From the NCBI RefSeq assembly GCF_006345805.1, contig NC_043013.1, forward strand, positions 53,692,001 to 53,756,000: 64,000 bases of DNA. The letters run 5' to 3'. The position numbers and the translations under genes are program-made. Shown piece by piece: positions 38,811 to 52,674 of this stretch. The notes beneath the pieces are model-generated. The model ran no database searches. It saw nothing but the letters and a program-made list of their open reading frames with translations, and was not told where the DNA came from. The stretch is from Octopus sinensis (taxonomy: Eukaryota). Position 1 is the stretch's first letter; every line of letters starts with the position of its first letter.

Positions 38811-39099
38811 GTGAGTCAAGAAGTAATACCATTTTGTTCAGGACAGGTATAATTACCAACACAGGAACATGTATCATACATCAAAATGAAGCTGGTCCTT
38901 TGTGGATCACATCCCTACTTCTCAACATAGTTAAAATTTCTCTCAATAGCAATGTTCCACCTTCGAATGAGAGCATGTATATTATATATTAATATATCTC
39001 AGGTCATTTAATGTTGATGGTTTCTTACAACGAATGAAATTCTGCCGAGAGATTTTAAAGACTTCGTAATAAGAAAACAAATATAATTAAATAATTTTA

Positions 39100-39300
39100 T
39101 TCTTTTTCTTTTATTTGTTTCAGTCATTTCACTGCGGTCATGCTGGAGTACCGCTCTTAGTCGAACAAATCTACCCCAGGACTAGTTCTTCGTAAGCCCA
39201 GTACTTATTCTATCGCTCTGTTTTTGCCGAACCGATAACTTACGGGAACATAAACACACCAACATCGGTTGTAAAGCGATGGTGGGGGGTCACACAAATA
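39100..39300 (-). mobile_element. SINE family B, 3' half
   Basis: gtttcagtcatttcactgcggtcatgctggagtaccgc...cccagtacttattctatcg...acacaccaacatcggttgt. Confidence 0.8.
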
Positions 39301-39328
39301 GATACGTACATACATTCAGATATGTATG

Positions 39329-39378
<50 letters not shown>

Positions 39379-39567
39379 TACATGCAAACACGGTACATAG
39401 TTGCAAAATACACACACTCAGACATGCCCACACATACATATATACATATGCACACACACACACACATGCATATATACATACATGCATGTATAGGCACACA
39501 CACACACTCACGCACACACTTGCGCACAAACAAGCAAAAAGGAACGCAGTTTAAATAACGGACAGAA

Positions 39568-39724
39568 ACGCAATGAAAATTTTAGGAAAACAACAATATG
39601 AAATGAGGGGAAATTTTACCGGTGAGTGTGTTAAATTAATAGGCACAAAAATGACTCTCCCCGGGATATGCTTCAACACACGAACTCACATAAAGAATCT
39701 TGCAAACCAAATCCAAAAACGAAA
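39568..39724 (+). mobile_element. One-armed copy of the 5075-5400 element
   Basis: aaattttaccggtgagtgtgtta...ggcacaaaaatgactctccc...atatgcttcaacacacgaactca...gaatcttgcaaaccaaatccaaaaacgaaa matches 5240-5400. Confidence 0.8.
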
Positions 39725-39980
39725 TATATGTATGTATGTGCATTCGATCCTTCTTCCAGGAAATCTACGCTCCCAGCTTAGTTTTTCTAATGCTCGTTGC
39801 TTAGTTTTTCTTGGAGGGCTGGCCGTGATCTGGTAATCTCAAGATTAATCAGCCGAAATTACTACGATGATCCGGTTCTTGACTGAAGACTGAGGGTTTC
39901 GAATGTCCTGTCCGTGTTTATTGTATCGTCTTCTAAGAGTTATACGTTCTTGTCCATGTTGTATTTTTCTACATACCTTA

Positions 39981-40011
<31 letters not shown>

Positions 40012-40582
40012 GAAATGAGGTAATCAGAAGATCGGATGGTTTATATTTACAGATATTTATTTATATATTACATTTTTTACATATATATCATATCATTTAG
40101 GTCATTAGTGCTTTCTCCCATTCTAGTGGGGTTTTCAAATCAAAATAATTCCTTTGTGGGGAATTTTAATCATTTTATAGAGTCGTAGTGGTGGGGAGGA
40201 ACAAGACAGCACAAGAGGGTGAGGTGGATGAGGGGAAAGTGAGAGAGAGAACATGTGTGTATGTGTATGTGTATATGTGTGTGTGTGTGTGCGCGCGTTT
40301 GTATTTCAGTCAAGTGCTAAAGAGAAGGAGGGGAAGGGAGAGGGAAGAAAAAGGAAAGAATTTTCTTTGGTCTGCTGGACAGGACACCGACTCCAAGGGG
40401 GTTCTAAGAATTTCAGCTTTGACCACTTCAGTGTCACTGAGTGTGCGGTGGTGGGGAGGCAGGCTATAAATTACACCTCCTCTTATCAAATATAAAATAT
40501 AAAATATACTCGTGCTTCGTACTTTTTTATTGTACACGTTTCATGACGCCCTGTGCCCAAATATGTATATATATATATATAT

Positions 40583-40626
<44 letters not shown>

Positions 40627-40627
40627 A

Positions 40628-40785
40628 TACGAGGGGCTTCTTTCAATCTCCGTCTACCAAAGCCAGTACAAGGCTTTGGTCGGCCCGAAACCATAGCAGA
40701 AGACACTTGCCAAGGTGGCACGCAGTGAGATTGAACCTGGAACCATGTGGTTGGGAAGCAAGCTTCTTACCACAAAGCTACGCAT
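40628..40785 (-). mobile_element. SINE family B, 5' half
   Basis: ggggcttctttcaatctccgtctaccaaa...ggctttggtcggcccg...gaagacacttgcc...aaccatgtggttgggaagcaagcttcttaccac. Confidence 0.8.
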
Positions 40786-41414
40786 CATTTGCCTTGTTTC
40801 TGTAAATCAAATTCATATACATTGAAAAATGATTGATGAAATGATTATCTCCCTTGTAACAGCTGTCTGTTGAGGAACATCTTGCGTTCAGAAAACGATC
40901 ATGTTCTTCGGAGAAACAGAAATCTGCAAGACTTTCTTAATATCTACAGAGTCATAGCTTATAAAAACGGAAAGAATAATTCGTCTTTTGAAAAACAGTA
41001 GACAAGAAAATTATAATTCGGGACAATGTTGTCATCGAACAGGAAATGGACGGAATTATTTTTTTTGGGAATTAAAATCAGGAGAAAGAAAACACATATA
41101 TATGTACAACATAGGTATATACGTACCTCCACACACACACCACATATACATAAATGCATACTCATGCGTACAAGCATACATACGCACGTGCAAACTTGTA
41201 TTCCTCTCTATAGATATATATATATATATATATAATATATATATATTATAGAGAGAGAGGAGAGAGAGAGAGAGAGAGAGAGCTTACTTATTGGCGTATA
41301 TATATCCACTACAACTACATACATATATTGAAAGATGCACTCACACACAGATATATACACATACATGCCTACTTACACACACATACACAAGCACACTGCA
41401 CACAACATACACAG

Positions 41415-41473
<59 letters not shown>

Positions 41474-42400
41474 TGTATTTATATGCATGTATATATATAT
41501 ACATAGATACATAGATACATAGATACATACATACATTCATACACAAACACACATATATACATATATGCATATGTATGTACCTACTTCCATACACACCTTC
41601 TTACGTACATCCATAGCCTCCATTTTAGTTCTGTTCTATCGATTTCTTCCAATAGTTTGGCTTTATTCCAGCCTGTAGTTTAGTGGAATATGGAAGATTG
41701 ATTATTCTTTGCCATGACTGTTCCAGCTTCTATTACACCGACTTCTGAAGAATAGCTTTCTTATTCTTCCAGATCCGTTCCAACAGTCAGTCTAATGATT
41801 TTCACATTGGTATTGATAGATCTGTCTCTCTCGTAATTAGAAGAAATAATTATATGCAAATAAATAAATGTGAGTGTGTGTGTTTATGGATTTTTTATGT
41901 GTATGTGGGTGTGTTAGAGAGAGACTGAGGGACAGAACCTGATAAATAGGTAGATAGAACGACTGATGCTTACATATGTAGGTATATTTATATACATACA
42001 TAGATATATACATACAAGCATACATGCCTACATTCATATATAGTTGTCTTTTGGAGAATGGACGCACAGTCAAGTGTGGGTATCGACCCTTAACACAACT
42101 ACATATTTACAAACACCAGGAACTCTCTCAACTCAAAAACTCATGTCTTCTTGTTTGCGACCGTTATGGACTCTCTTAAAAAGTCTTTAAATAAAACTCA
42201 AAGAGAAGACAAAAAGATAGACACGTACGGAAATAAATGCATTTGTTTATGCGTATATTTATATCTGTGTATGTTATGGGATTATAAATATTTACACAAA
42301 CACGCATATGCATCTGTGTGCTTGTATGTATGTATGCATGCATGTATGTATGTATATATATATATATATACATACATACATACATACATACATACATACA

Positions 42401-42434
<34 letters not shown>

Positions 42435-42599
42435 AATACATGCATGCATATACACTCACGCACATACATATTTGAATCATTTTGATTGACGAAAAGAGAA
42501 GTCAAATAAACGCTCCGTACGTTTCGGTGAACGAGAGCTATATATATCATTGTATTAACTGTATAACTTTGTATGTAATCATATCTACAAAAGGAAGAA

Positions 42600-43184
42600 T
42601 GTGTGTGCGTGCGTGTACGTGATTATAATATATGCACGTCCACAAATTAGCACGCATGTTGCTCAAATTTTAGGAGGACATTTGTCAACATCCTATTTGG
42701 GTTTTGTTAACTTATTTTTACCCCAAGGCACCCGTTGGTAGCGTAAATACCTATGTTCAGACATAGCTTTTAGCCACAAAAGATATTAGCCTTAGCTTTT
42801 TTGCCAGCGTCTAAGAAAAAAGAATAAGATAAAGAAAAGTGGAAGAAGGAGGCAGAGAGTTTCACGGGAAAGACAAAGTGAGAGACGGGGGGAGAGAGAG
42901 AGAGAGAGAGAGAAAGTTATGACGTTCATAAAAAATAAAATGTAAAAGGTTTTGTTTTTTGTTTTTGAAAGACACTATGTTTTATAATCATAGTATATAT
43001 ACTTTCTCACACAACAATTACAATATATTTATTTTAAATATAAATATATTGTAATTGTTAAATAATATATATAACTAAATTCAACTGATTTCGCCCAAAT
43101 TTGACGTCTATATTACTTAGTTAGGTTTGAAATAAAGAACTTGATTAGCTTAATAATCGTAACTTAAACCCGGGCAAGGCTAGT
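42600..43184 (+). mobile_element. Possible non-autonomous Helitron-like element
   Basis: Ends in aacccgggcaaggCTAGT (partial hairpin plus CTAG-type end); contains an internal (GA)n and a 19-bp-arm palindrome at 43013-43059. The left boundary is uncertain. Confidence 0.35.
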
Positions 43185-43448
43185 ATTAAATAAATGCTGC
43201 TCGTCTATGTGTGCATACGCACGGCACTTCTAAACGTTATCATGTGGCTATAATCTTGTTGTGAGAGCTGAAGCGTATTTCGAACATGTAATAGTAGGCA
43301 GTCTTAGTATAATGTATTTATCGTTAACAAACGCGCGCGCGCGCATATATATATTAATCAATATAGGGTAGCAAAAAATTCAATAAAAACTTTTTCGCCA
43401 CCAGCGGTTTAGTGAGAAAGAGAAAATAGTCAGAGACTATATATATAA

Positions 43449-43724
43449 ATTCAACAACAATTGAGGAACGGCCTCAATAGGCCATTCGACCCACTAGAAA
43501 GAGCAGCCAGGACTCAAACTGCCAAGTAGTAGTAATTCAGAAATTAAAGGAAAATTAAAAGAATTTAAAAAATTAAAAAATTTAAAAATCAAAGATGAAT
43601 AAGGTAAATGTTTTTTAATTTTCCTTTAATTTCTGAATTACTACTACTTGGCGGTTTGAGTCCTGGCTGCTCTTTCTAGTGGGTCGAATGGCCTATTGAG
43701 GCCGTTCCTCAATTGTTGTTGAAT
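43449..43724. mobile_element. Fold-back/MITE-like element with 112-bp inverted arms, in (TA)n
   Basis: Arms 43449-43560 and 43613-43724 differ at one position; 52-nt A-rich spacer; TA repeats on both sides. Confidence 0.85.
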
Positions 43725-43749
43725 ATATATATATATATATATATATATC

Positions 43750-43938
43750 GTTGGCGATTTTTTTCCTAGTCTTCTTTTTCTCTTCAGCTTTCCTGTGTCT
43801 CCTGTTTCTGAAGAAAAGCCTTGCTCGAAACGTAAAACCACCTTTCTTTCCTTCCCGAGCGTCTGCTAAAACTTGCATGTACTACGTCCTCGCGTTGTTG
43901 TTTTTTCTTGTGCTTGTTCTTGATTTTTGGTCATTTAC
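43750..43938 (+). mobile_element. Short Penelope-type element carrying a minimal hammerhead motif (43804-43838)
   Basis: gttt CTGAAGA a aagc ctt gctc GAAAC GTA aaac; flanked by (TA)n; shares the ttcccgagcgt-like downstream motif with 53070-53250. Confidence 0.6.
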
Positions 43939-43982
43939 TATATATATACATATATATGCATCTATATATATATTATATATAT

Positions 43983-44031
<49 letters not shown>

Positions 44032-44150
44032 CCATGAGTACATACATATACGTATACATATTTACCCACATACGTACCTACACTACATATGTACACTGTA
44101 CCCCTGCTTATATGTGTACATTGTCTCTTATTTCATTTCTGTTCACTTAC

Positions 44151-44299
44151 GTCTCTCGCCTGACACTAATATGTCTCTCTGTTGTTGCCGTTCTGTCCAC
44201 AGCTCTATCCAGACATCTAACTCTTGCTTGCTTTACGATGATAAAATGCCGCGTAAGGAGAGGATTCGACGACCAGTCTTGTCTAAATATTTGTTTAAC
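44151..44299 (-). CDS. Candidate exon VKQIFRQDWSSNPLLTRHFIIVKQARVRCLDRAVDRTATTERHISVRRE(T)
   Basis: ttttctttctaaacag acceptor, AC|GTAAGT donor, 149 nt open; phase 2 exit fits the exon starting at 31687. Confidence 0.3.
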
Positions 44300-45623
44300 C
44301 TGTTTAGAAAGAAAACGTTTACGACAATACAATAACACGGAAACTGCTGATTATTGATACGTTAAAAATCAATATTTGACCTTTAAAAATTTTGTGTCAA
44401 TAACAGCCATTAAAAGACCAATTTTTAATACTATTTTATTTTTTAAGTATGTGTAGTTTGTATTTGTGTTTCGTTTATACAGCTTGTAACTGATTTCCGG
44501 AGCTGTTACCTCTGTAAACTAGCAGGAATCTGTTGTTTTATTGCAGTGTTGTTTATTGGTGAACTTGACAAGAAGAATTAAAATCAGGAGAAAATGAGAT
44601 TCACCTGCCAACGTCCAGAATTTTAGCTTCAAATAAGAAGTGAGGTGAAAAATAACGACAAGGAAATCGCGAATCATTTAATTCCGAAATATTATTGGTT
44701 TAATTCTCACTGAAAAATGAAGGTCCGTTAATTTAATGAAATTGCATTTGTCACAAAAGTGGAGGTGGTCGTGTCTTTTCCGATGGTATCTACTTAGAAT
44801 ATTATTTTTTAGGGACTGAAGTCACGTTATGGTATCTGCTCTTTGCTACGAATTCATCTTTGCCCAACGGTTTTTACTATACTCCACGACGATGACGATT
44901 ATACAGGCACAATGTTACAAATGAAGAAATAAGTTACTGACATTTGTAAATTTTCATTTGTCTTTCAATCATTGATTACGTTCCAAAACAATTTCTGTTT
45001 TTGATGAGGTTTGTGTCGTAGATTTTGAGGAAGCGAAAAATTGAAAATCATGACGCAAGTCTTTACCCGTAGAGATATATCTCAAAACAAATAACTTCGT
45101 CTAGAAGCCAACGCTGGAACATAACTTCGACTGAATGAGATTTTAAATTTTCCATTTCGATATTTGCTATATTCTCAAATGAAATATATTTAAATATTAT
45201 ATTGAGTATTCATTCCATATTCCTGTTGAATTTGATTAAATTCAATCTCTATCTGATACACTACGACGATATATGTTTTGCCCTAATTATAGTTTATAAT
45301 TTAGCCTATGACCCAATTACGAACTAACTGACCATGACAGTATGCTAGAAATAACAGTCAAACTTGCTTTAAATCAGCCATACAGCCTGAAAGGAGGAAA
45401 GCCTTGGATTTTGTAGAGTTAGATACACTCTAACATTGTGTATGGTTACAAAGAAAATATTTTCGTTGCTTGAATAGGATTGACCTAAAACTCAACAACA
45501 ACAACAACCAATCCCTAAAACAATTGTTACGCCGCTATCGTTGACTTAACATATTTTCCCCGACATTCATTTTGTTTTTCTTCTTTATGTTTTTGATATT
45601 TTTGCTTTACTTGACTTAACCAG

Positions 45624-45757
45624 AGGCGAAAATCGGAATGCTATTATCTTTGTCAGTAGCTTCAAGACTGGTGGGTGTAAAAGAGCTGATGATAAGGACG
45701 GGAATCTTGCCGGAAGTGAACTCCACTTCGGACAATTCGTTTTAAGATCAGGCGATG
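45624..45757 (+). CDS. Candidate exon GENRNAIIFVSSFKTGGCKRADDKDGNLAGSELHFGQFVLRSGD
   Basis: Long pyrimidine tract plus ccag acceptor, G|GTATGA donor, 134 nt open, locally higher GC. Confidence 0.3.
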
Positions 45758-48700
45758 GTATGAGACCGAGCAAAGAATTAAGTCTAGCAGTTAACATTAC
45801 TTATATCTTGCATTCATGTACCACATCCCGGTGGTCAAATTAAGGCTATGGAGAAAGAAACTTGCCCAAGATTCATGGCCACAGTTTCTAGTTGAAAGAA
45901 AAAGGAGTCAAGTACTCTAAATTAGGTTTGAACCGGAAACACTATAGTTAGCAAGGGAAATTCTTAACCAGTCAGCCACGGATAAAGTCACTTATGTTTG
46001 ATAACATTTAAAGTGAACTTATATAAATATGGTAAAATACTTACTGTACATTATTGTGGCAATGTTAGTATGTTTTCACTGAAGCTGTGAACTTAGAGAA
46101 GAACAACATAAGCAAATAGAAAATACTTCCAATTTGACAGACGACAGTAGATGTGTGGGGGGGATAAGGAAACCTTTTTATACTTGAAGGTCACATACAA
46201 TTAAATGTAATCTAATAAAGTTGCGTCAAAGAAATTTTTATTGAATATAGGGAAAATATAATTACATTTATTGTGAAAATCTAATTATAAATATTTAAGT
46301 AAGAAACAAAATACGGTGACTGAACTTTCAATGACTTTGTTAAGAATTTAAGAACTTTACAATAAATATAATACAATGGAAAGTACAAAAGCATTTTTTT
46401 TTCTTTGTTTTTAGTGCAAAATTCAGATGTCTTCTTGTAGGCTACAATGAAGATGTGCTTCTAAGAATGCATAAAGCCTTGAGGCAGCAGATTTTCCCTA
46501 TATTTAATCTGATGTCGACTTTAAACTACTACAGTTGCAAGTGTAGATGCCGCCACATATTGTTATAATGAAAAGTAACTGGCTTTGATATAGCTGAACA
46601 TCATTAACTCTAATTCACACTATGAGCTAATGAGGAAACCTCTATCATATCGCTTGATCTGATAGAAATAGCACGCAAATCTTCAAATCACTCGTTATTG
46701 TCTGAAGTAAAAGGGAAGGAAACACGGAAGTATTTAGTCCCTCATGTAGAAAGAGAGGGGCTTAGTCATGGCTGGAATACATATGATCAGGAGGCTGATG
46801 AGTCAGGCCTGACACAGGGCTAAACATCAATGGTTAGCAGCAACAATAACCCGTCTGGATGAGTAAATACTTTGGACATACTCCTTAGGTTTGTACTCCA
46901 GTTCTCCATACGATACTCGTTCAAGGATTGATATTGATTTTCGCATCGAAAATTCATTGCAATGGTGGAGTGGACAAAGCTAAGAACACTTATCTTTCAT
47001 TTCCATCCTCACAGAAAGTAACAGAAGAATTTAACGGAGAAAAAAAATTTAATATTCTTTGGTTATATTTTCATTTCAGTTTCATTCTTCTATATAAATG
47101 GTTAACGATCTGTTCCGTTGCTATGGCGATCGATAGATATTTTTTGCCAAAGCAAAGGAAATAAGCGAATCTGGTCATCGTGTTAGAACAACTTATTACT
47201 TGATCCTTTCAGCTTTCAGGCAGCACAGGCTGATCCTTATCACGACTATGGCGCTACTTCTAGGCTGGCACTTTTCCCGCGCAAACTTAATCCACCGGAT
47301 GACAACAGCGATGTTTCATGCGAAAAATAATGCGTTTTCCGGATAAATCTACTTTTCTCTTAACGCAAAGCAACACAACAAACATAGATTCTAGTTCAAA
47401 ATTGAAAAAACAAAATTAATAAACAACACTCAAGTGATTTGAATGATAAATTCAGTTATGGAATTGCTTTTGGCAGAACTCTAAAACAATTCTTTGGTTA
47501 TTGCGATTATTTAGTTATATTTCTTTTTATATTAACTTTTTCATTTTTATATTGTAGTATTTTTCCTGAAAATTATCAAGCAGACTAAATTTCTTTTCTG
47601 TTCAGTAAATGGAATTAACTCAAGTATTTGCTGATTGTTAATCCATAACATCTCTGCTGTATAATCAAGGATTTCTTCTTTTCCAAAACGTTGCTTTCTC
47701 TGAAAATAAAGTTAATTTCCTGTCATTTATACCAAATCTCTATCTTTTTTCCTTCAGTTTCAAGCTTCATTAATCCGCTGGAATTACTTCATAACCCACT
47801 TGTTTCTCACTATTACCATACAATCGCAATCTTCTTACCATATTCCTCAAGCTATTTCGATTGACCATATAGGCATCGTATTTTCTTTTTCTTTTCTTTT
47901 CTTTCTTTTTAATCTATGATACTAAGTTTCGATTACATACAATTCTTCCACCCATCCTTGCTGCGGGCCTAAATAAAAGGATATTTTCCTTTCCTTTCCA
48001 TTCTTAATTCCTCAGAATATATTCAGTCAAACCAACGTTTCCTTCTTCTCTTCCAATACCTGATATTTATATTCTAAAACTTCCAAAATATAGAAGCTTT
48101 CAAGAAGAATTCTGCAAACAATAAAATCCAAAACAAACTGCAGGCTATACACTGACAGTAAATATACTACAATATTACTTAACTGACTTCCCTTTCAATC
48201 AACAAACCTATACATCCAACCGCAATCATATACTCCCTCCTATTGCAACGTTAGCTTTCATCTAAATATCTACCCGTCTTGTTATTCTTTAGTTCGATAT
48301 GTCCTAATAATAATGGCAAGAATCTTTCTATTCAATAACAGTCCATTTCATAGAATTTCTATGGTACTTTATTGAAATTATGGTAATGCCTATTTAATAA
48401 ATGTGATTAAGAGATCGTTCTTGTAGTCATATTTTGTTGAATCCTAATAACAAGGCATCAACGATGCAAGTTTTCTGGCATCGATGAAGTCTTATATTTT
48501 ACTGCTTTCGTTCTCTATTCTTTTTGTCGGTCTCTTCTCCTCTCTCTATTCTTTCTCTAACACTCCTGCTTCTCCTTAAGAATTGAACTTCGATGATACA
48601 GCCCTTTAGATTCTCAATAATATTCAGGAACAATATAATGGACATATAATCCTGGGAACGAGAGACAGAATTCTTTGGATTATAGATTTATTATATTGGT

Positions 48701-49417
48701 ATGACTGTCTCTATAAACACCAGAGTACACACACGACTGCGTTTTCTGGTCTCGTTCCTTTAAATAGTGACGTCATTGAGCGCTATTTTCCAAGAATCTT
48801 TTATATTTCCTTATAATCAATTTGAGAGCTAGAATTCACTATTTACTAAAAAGGTCTTATACGGCCGAAACATGTCGTCAGTTATCCCCATGCTACAGCA
48901 GATGAGAATCAATCGTTACAATTAATTTTCAAGTAATTTCAATTCCTTATTAATTTAAATTTCGTAGTTTTCTGCCTTGTCTTTCTTAACGAGAATTAAT
49001 CATAATAAAAGAAGTATATGCATGCGTGCGTTTGTGTGTGTGTGTGGTGTGTGTGTGTGTGTGTCTGTGTGTCTGTGCCTGCGTGTGTGCAGACTAGAAT
49101 CGCAAAATTTGAAATTTCCGCTTCAATAAATATATCTGAACACTCTGATGTCAGTGGCGGGTCTCCATTTTTTTATTTTATAATTTATAGCCAACTCTTT
49201 GTTCCAATGTTTACACACACGCGCACACACAGTTACACAGACACAGACAGACAGACACACATGCACACAGACACACACATATAAATTTGTGTGTATGAGA
49301 GTGTAAACATATATACAGCTATATGTATAGATCATACATATGCTTATATAAATATACGTATGTATGTATATATGTGTATGTATATGAATATATATATATA
49401 TGTGTATGTATGTATGC

Positions 49418-49469
<52 letters not shown>

Positions 49470-50169
49470 TCATATATATACACTCGCACACATGGATACT
49501 TAGAAGTATATATATATATATATATATAATATATATATATCCATACACACGCACACATGGATACATAGAAGCATATATAAATACATACATACATATATAC
49601 ATACACACACATGCAAGCACACACACACACACGTATATATTTCTGTCGCCAACTTCCGGTTGTTGTTTACATACGCCTAGAACGCTAAATCTTTTGCCAC
49701 TTCATATATATCCCTCATTATTTACCAACGTATATCAATTGTTTCCTGAAAGAAAACCATTAACACTAATAATAATCCCATTCCTTTCTTTATAACACAT
49801 AATTTATACGACTTTAGATCGCAAATTATATTTCCTTTTTCTATTATTATTTGATAGTGTGATGCTTTGTACTGGTCATGTAAAGATAGTTTGTCTCAGC
49901 AGCTCTTTCGGTTACGTTACCTTGGCCATTATATAACCGATTTTGAAATATAAACTAGATACGAAGCACTCATTTGCTCACCTTCTTATGGCAAGAATAA
50001 CTTTTGATCTAGATCTTTCCTTTGGTATCTACACTGCTGCATTAATGGATTGGACTGTTGGACCTTGCTTTGATTTTACACATCTTAGCAATGCTATTCA
50101 CAATGCTATTCACAAAAGAGCGTCTAAGGATCGCGTAACAGAGAATGACGCGGTTTAACAACACTTTAA

Positions 50170-50545
50170 ACTCTTTTTCTTGTTTCACTCATTGCACTGT
50201 GGCCTTGCTGGAGCATGGCCTTCAAGGGTTTAGTTGAAGATATCGATCCGAGTACATTTCTGAAGCCTGGTACATGTTCGATCGGTAACTTTTTTTTGCT
50301 GAACCGCTAATTTGCAGAATGCAAGAAAACCAACACCGGTTGTCAAGCGGTGGTTGAGAACAAACAGTCACACACACGCACACACACACACACATACAAC
50401 GAGCTTCTTTCCGTTTACCAGATCTATTTAGTCAGCGTAGAGCTATATTATAAGACACTTGCCAAGGTGCCACACAGTGGGACTGAAACCGGAGCCATAT
50501 TGTTGGGATGCAGGCTTCTTACCACATAGCCACGCCTGTGCCTAC
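50170..50545 (-). mobile_element. SINE family B, diverged
   Basis: ttgtttcactcattgcactgtggccttgctggagca...gctgaaccgctaa...aagacacttgccaaggtgccacacagtgggactgaa...cttaccacatagccacgcctgtgcct. Confidence 0.8.
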
Positions 50546-51765
50546 TTCATAGCTACAGTAATTCATTGGGCAACGCGAATGGATTCCCTCAGCTTTGACA
50601 TAAACCAAAATCATGGCCATCACTGGCGAACAAGTAACACCTAATAACATGTGCCGGGATTTCGTCAATTGTTTTCCAGTGGCCATATAGCGATGAGTAG
50701 ATAAAGAAATCCTTACGAATTCCTTACCTTGGACCCAAGGGGTCAGGAACTATGTTATATCCAGAAGAAACAACAGAGGGTAACCTCATCACTTAGCTAG
50801 TATTTAATTTCAGCTGAGTACACTGGAACAACGTGAAATGAAGGGACTTGTTCAAGAAAACGACGAACCTGTGACCTTATGATCATGAGTCCCACACACT
50901 AACCACTCGACCACGCGTAAACTTGAAGTAATTATCTGACAAATATAGTAGAATAAATCCGTGAAAGGAAGTGAATTGTCGAAGGTCATAACAAACCTTA
51001 TAACCACGAATCCAGCACCCTAAACCCTAGACCAGATGTAACTGTGATGTCCCTGTGCAAATATTTGACAAATATGGCGGAATAAATCCGCAGACTGAAA
51101 CCCCACTTAGTAAGAAAGTAAATTAAAAATTTATTATATTAAGGCTGAATTTTGTTAAATTTATCTCTCGTTATAAGAAAATAGAGAAAATTTAATAGCA
51201 AACCATAGCTTTAAGTATTTCTAAAACTATCTCTCTCTCTACCGGCGAAGTCAAAAGCATCAAACATACAGGTTGATGATATCGAGAGCTAATTTGATTC
51301 ATTCTAACTTCGGACATAATCAATGTATAAACTTCTAAATCAGGGATTCGTACCAACTCAGTTATCATCGACCCCTTCCATTTACTAACTCAAAGGTTAA
51401 TTCTTATCCCTTTTGACTAGACAAAATAAATCTATAGACATCTAGATCAAGGTTTTTAGCGGGTGTTTTATCATAGACCACTTCCATTTATTAAATAAAG
51501 GGCTAATTTTATTTTCTGATAATGGACGAAATATATTCGTAAACATTTATATCAGAGGACTTTTAGTTAGTGTCTTATTGTTAACTCTTTCGATTTACTG
51601 ACTACTTTCATGAAACATTGAATAAAATCAATTGAATTAAACCAAGAATTAAAAAACAAATTCAAATAATTTGACTAAATTCAATAATGTAAGCTAACAA
51701 GAAACAATTAAAATAAGACAAGACATAAAACGCATTGCTTGTTTAAGGCGGCGAGCTGGCACAAT

Positions 51766-51965
51766 CATTAGCACACCGGGTAGAATGCTTAGCAGCTTTC
51801 GTCCAACTTTGCGTTCTGAGTTCAAATTCCATCAATGCTCTAATTTGACATTCATCTCTTGAGAGGCCGATAAAATAAAAACCATTCGAGAACTGGGGCT
51901 CGATGTAATTAACTAATCCTCTCCCCCGAAATTATTGCCTAGCCCAAAAATTTGAAATCAATATT
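51766..51965 (+). mobile_element. SINE family A
   Basis: aaggcggcgagctggcacaatcattagcacaccggg...gcgttctgagttcaaattcc...ccaaaaatttgaaatcaatatt. Confidence 0.8.
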
Positions 51966-52613
51966 TCTGTAATAAGTAGACGAAGAAATTTCTGTGGAGC
52001 AATGAAAACTCAACAGCTAAAGTCCGCGGACCACAAATTCACTGCTGCTACTCGAGATTAACTTTCAAATATAAACCAATATTCATACTTTGAAAGGTTA
52101 ATATGTGGTAGGTGTGCATTCAAGTTTAGAACCCATTAAAACCTGATTTCTCACAGTGGAATCGATGTTGTCCTTTTGCCAGGTTCGGCCATTTTAGAAA
52201 ATCAATTATCAATCAGAGTCAATTTAGTATAGAGCCAAAACCAAAACAAGACTGTCCATTTTGGAATTTATTCCTCAAACTGTTCCTGGAATAATAGTGG
52301 TAATTAAACATAGCTACACAACATCGTCTCCACTTCCTGTTATGGGGTAGCAAGTGATTATTTGCATATATTGTGTGTCCGTAAACTTTTATTCACTTTT
52401 CCGACTGGAGTATCAATTGGAAGTGTGTAAGGAAACAAATGGAAGCCTCACCGAACTACACTAAACCATACGTAAACTTTATTAGTCGGTCTCTCATTAA
52501 ACATGGATGTGAAATGTGTAGTGTTACAAGTTACATCAATAAATAGCTTTGAAATCCCACCTTAACTTAACGAACACACCGTGTGTGTGTGTGTATGTGT
52601 ATGTGTGTGTATA

Positions 52614-52674
<61 letters not shown>

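Noticed and set aside
48768-48775. CRE palindrome TGACGTCA next to TTTAAATA (another at 29682-29689)
   Set aside because: One or two 8-mers in 64 kb are expected by chance.
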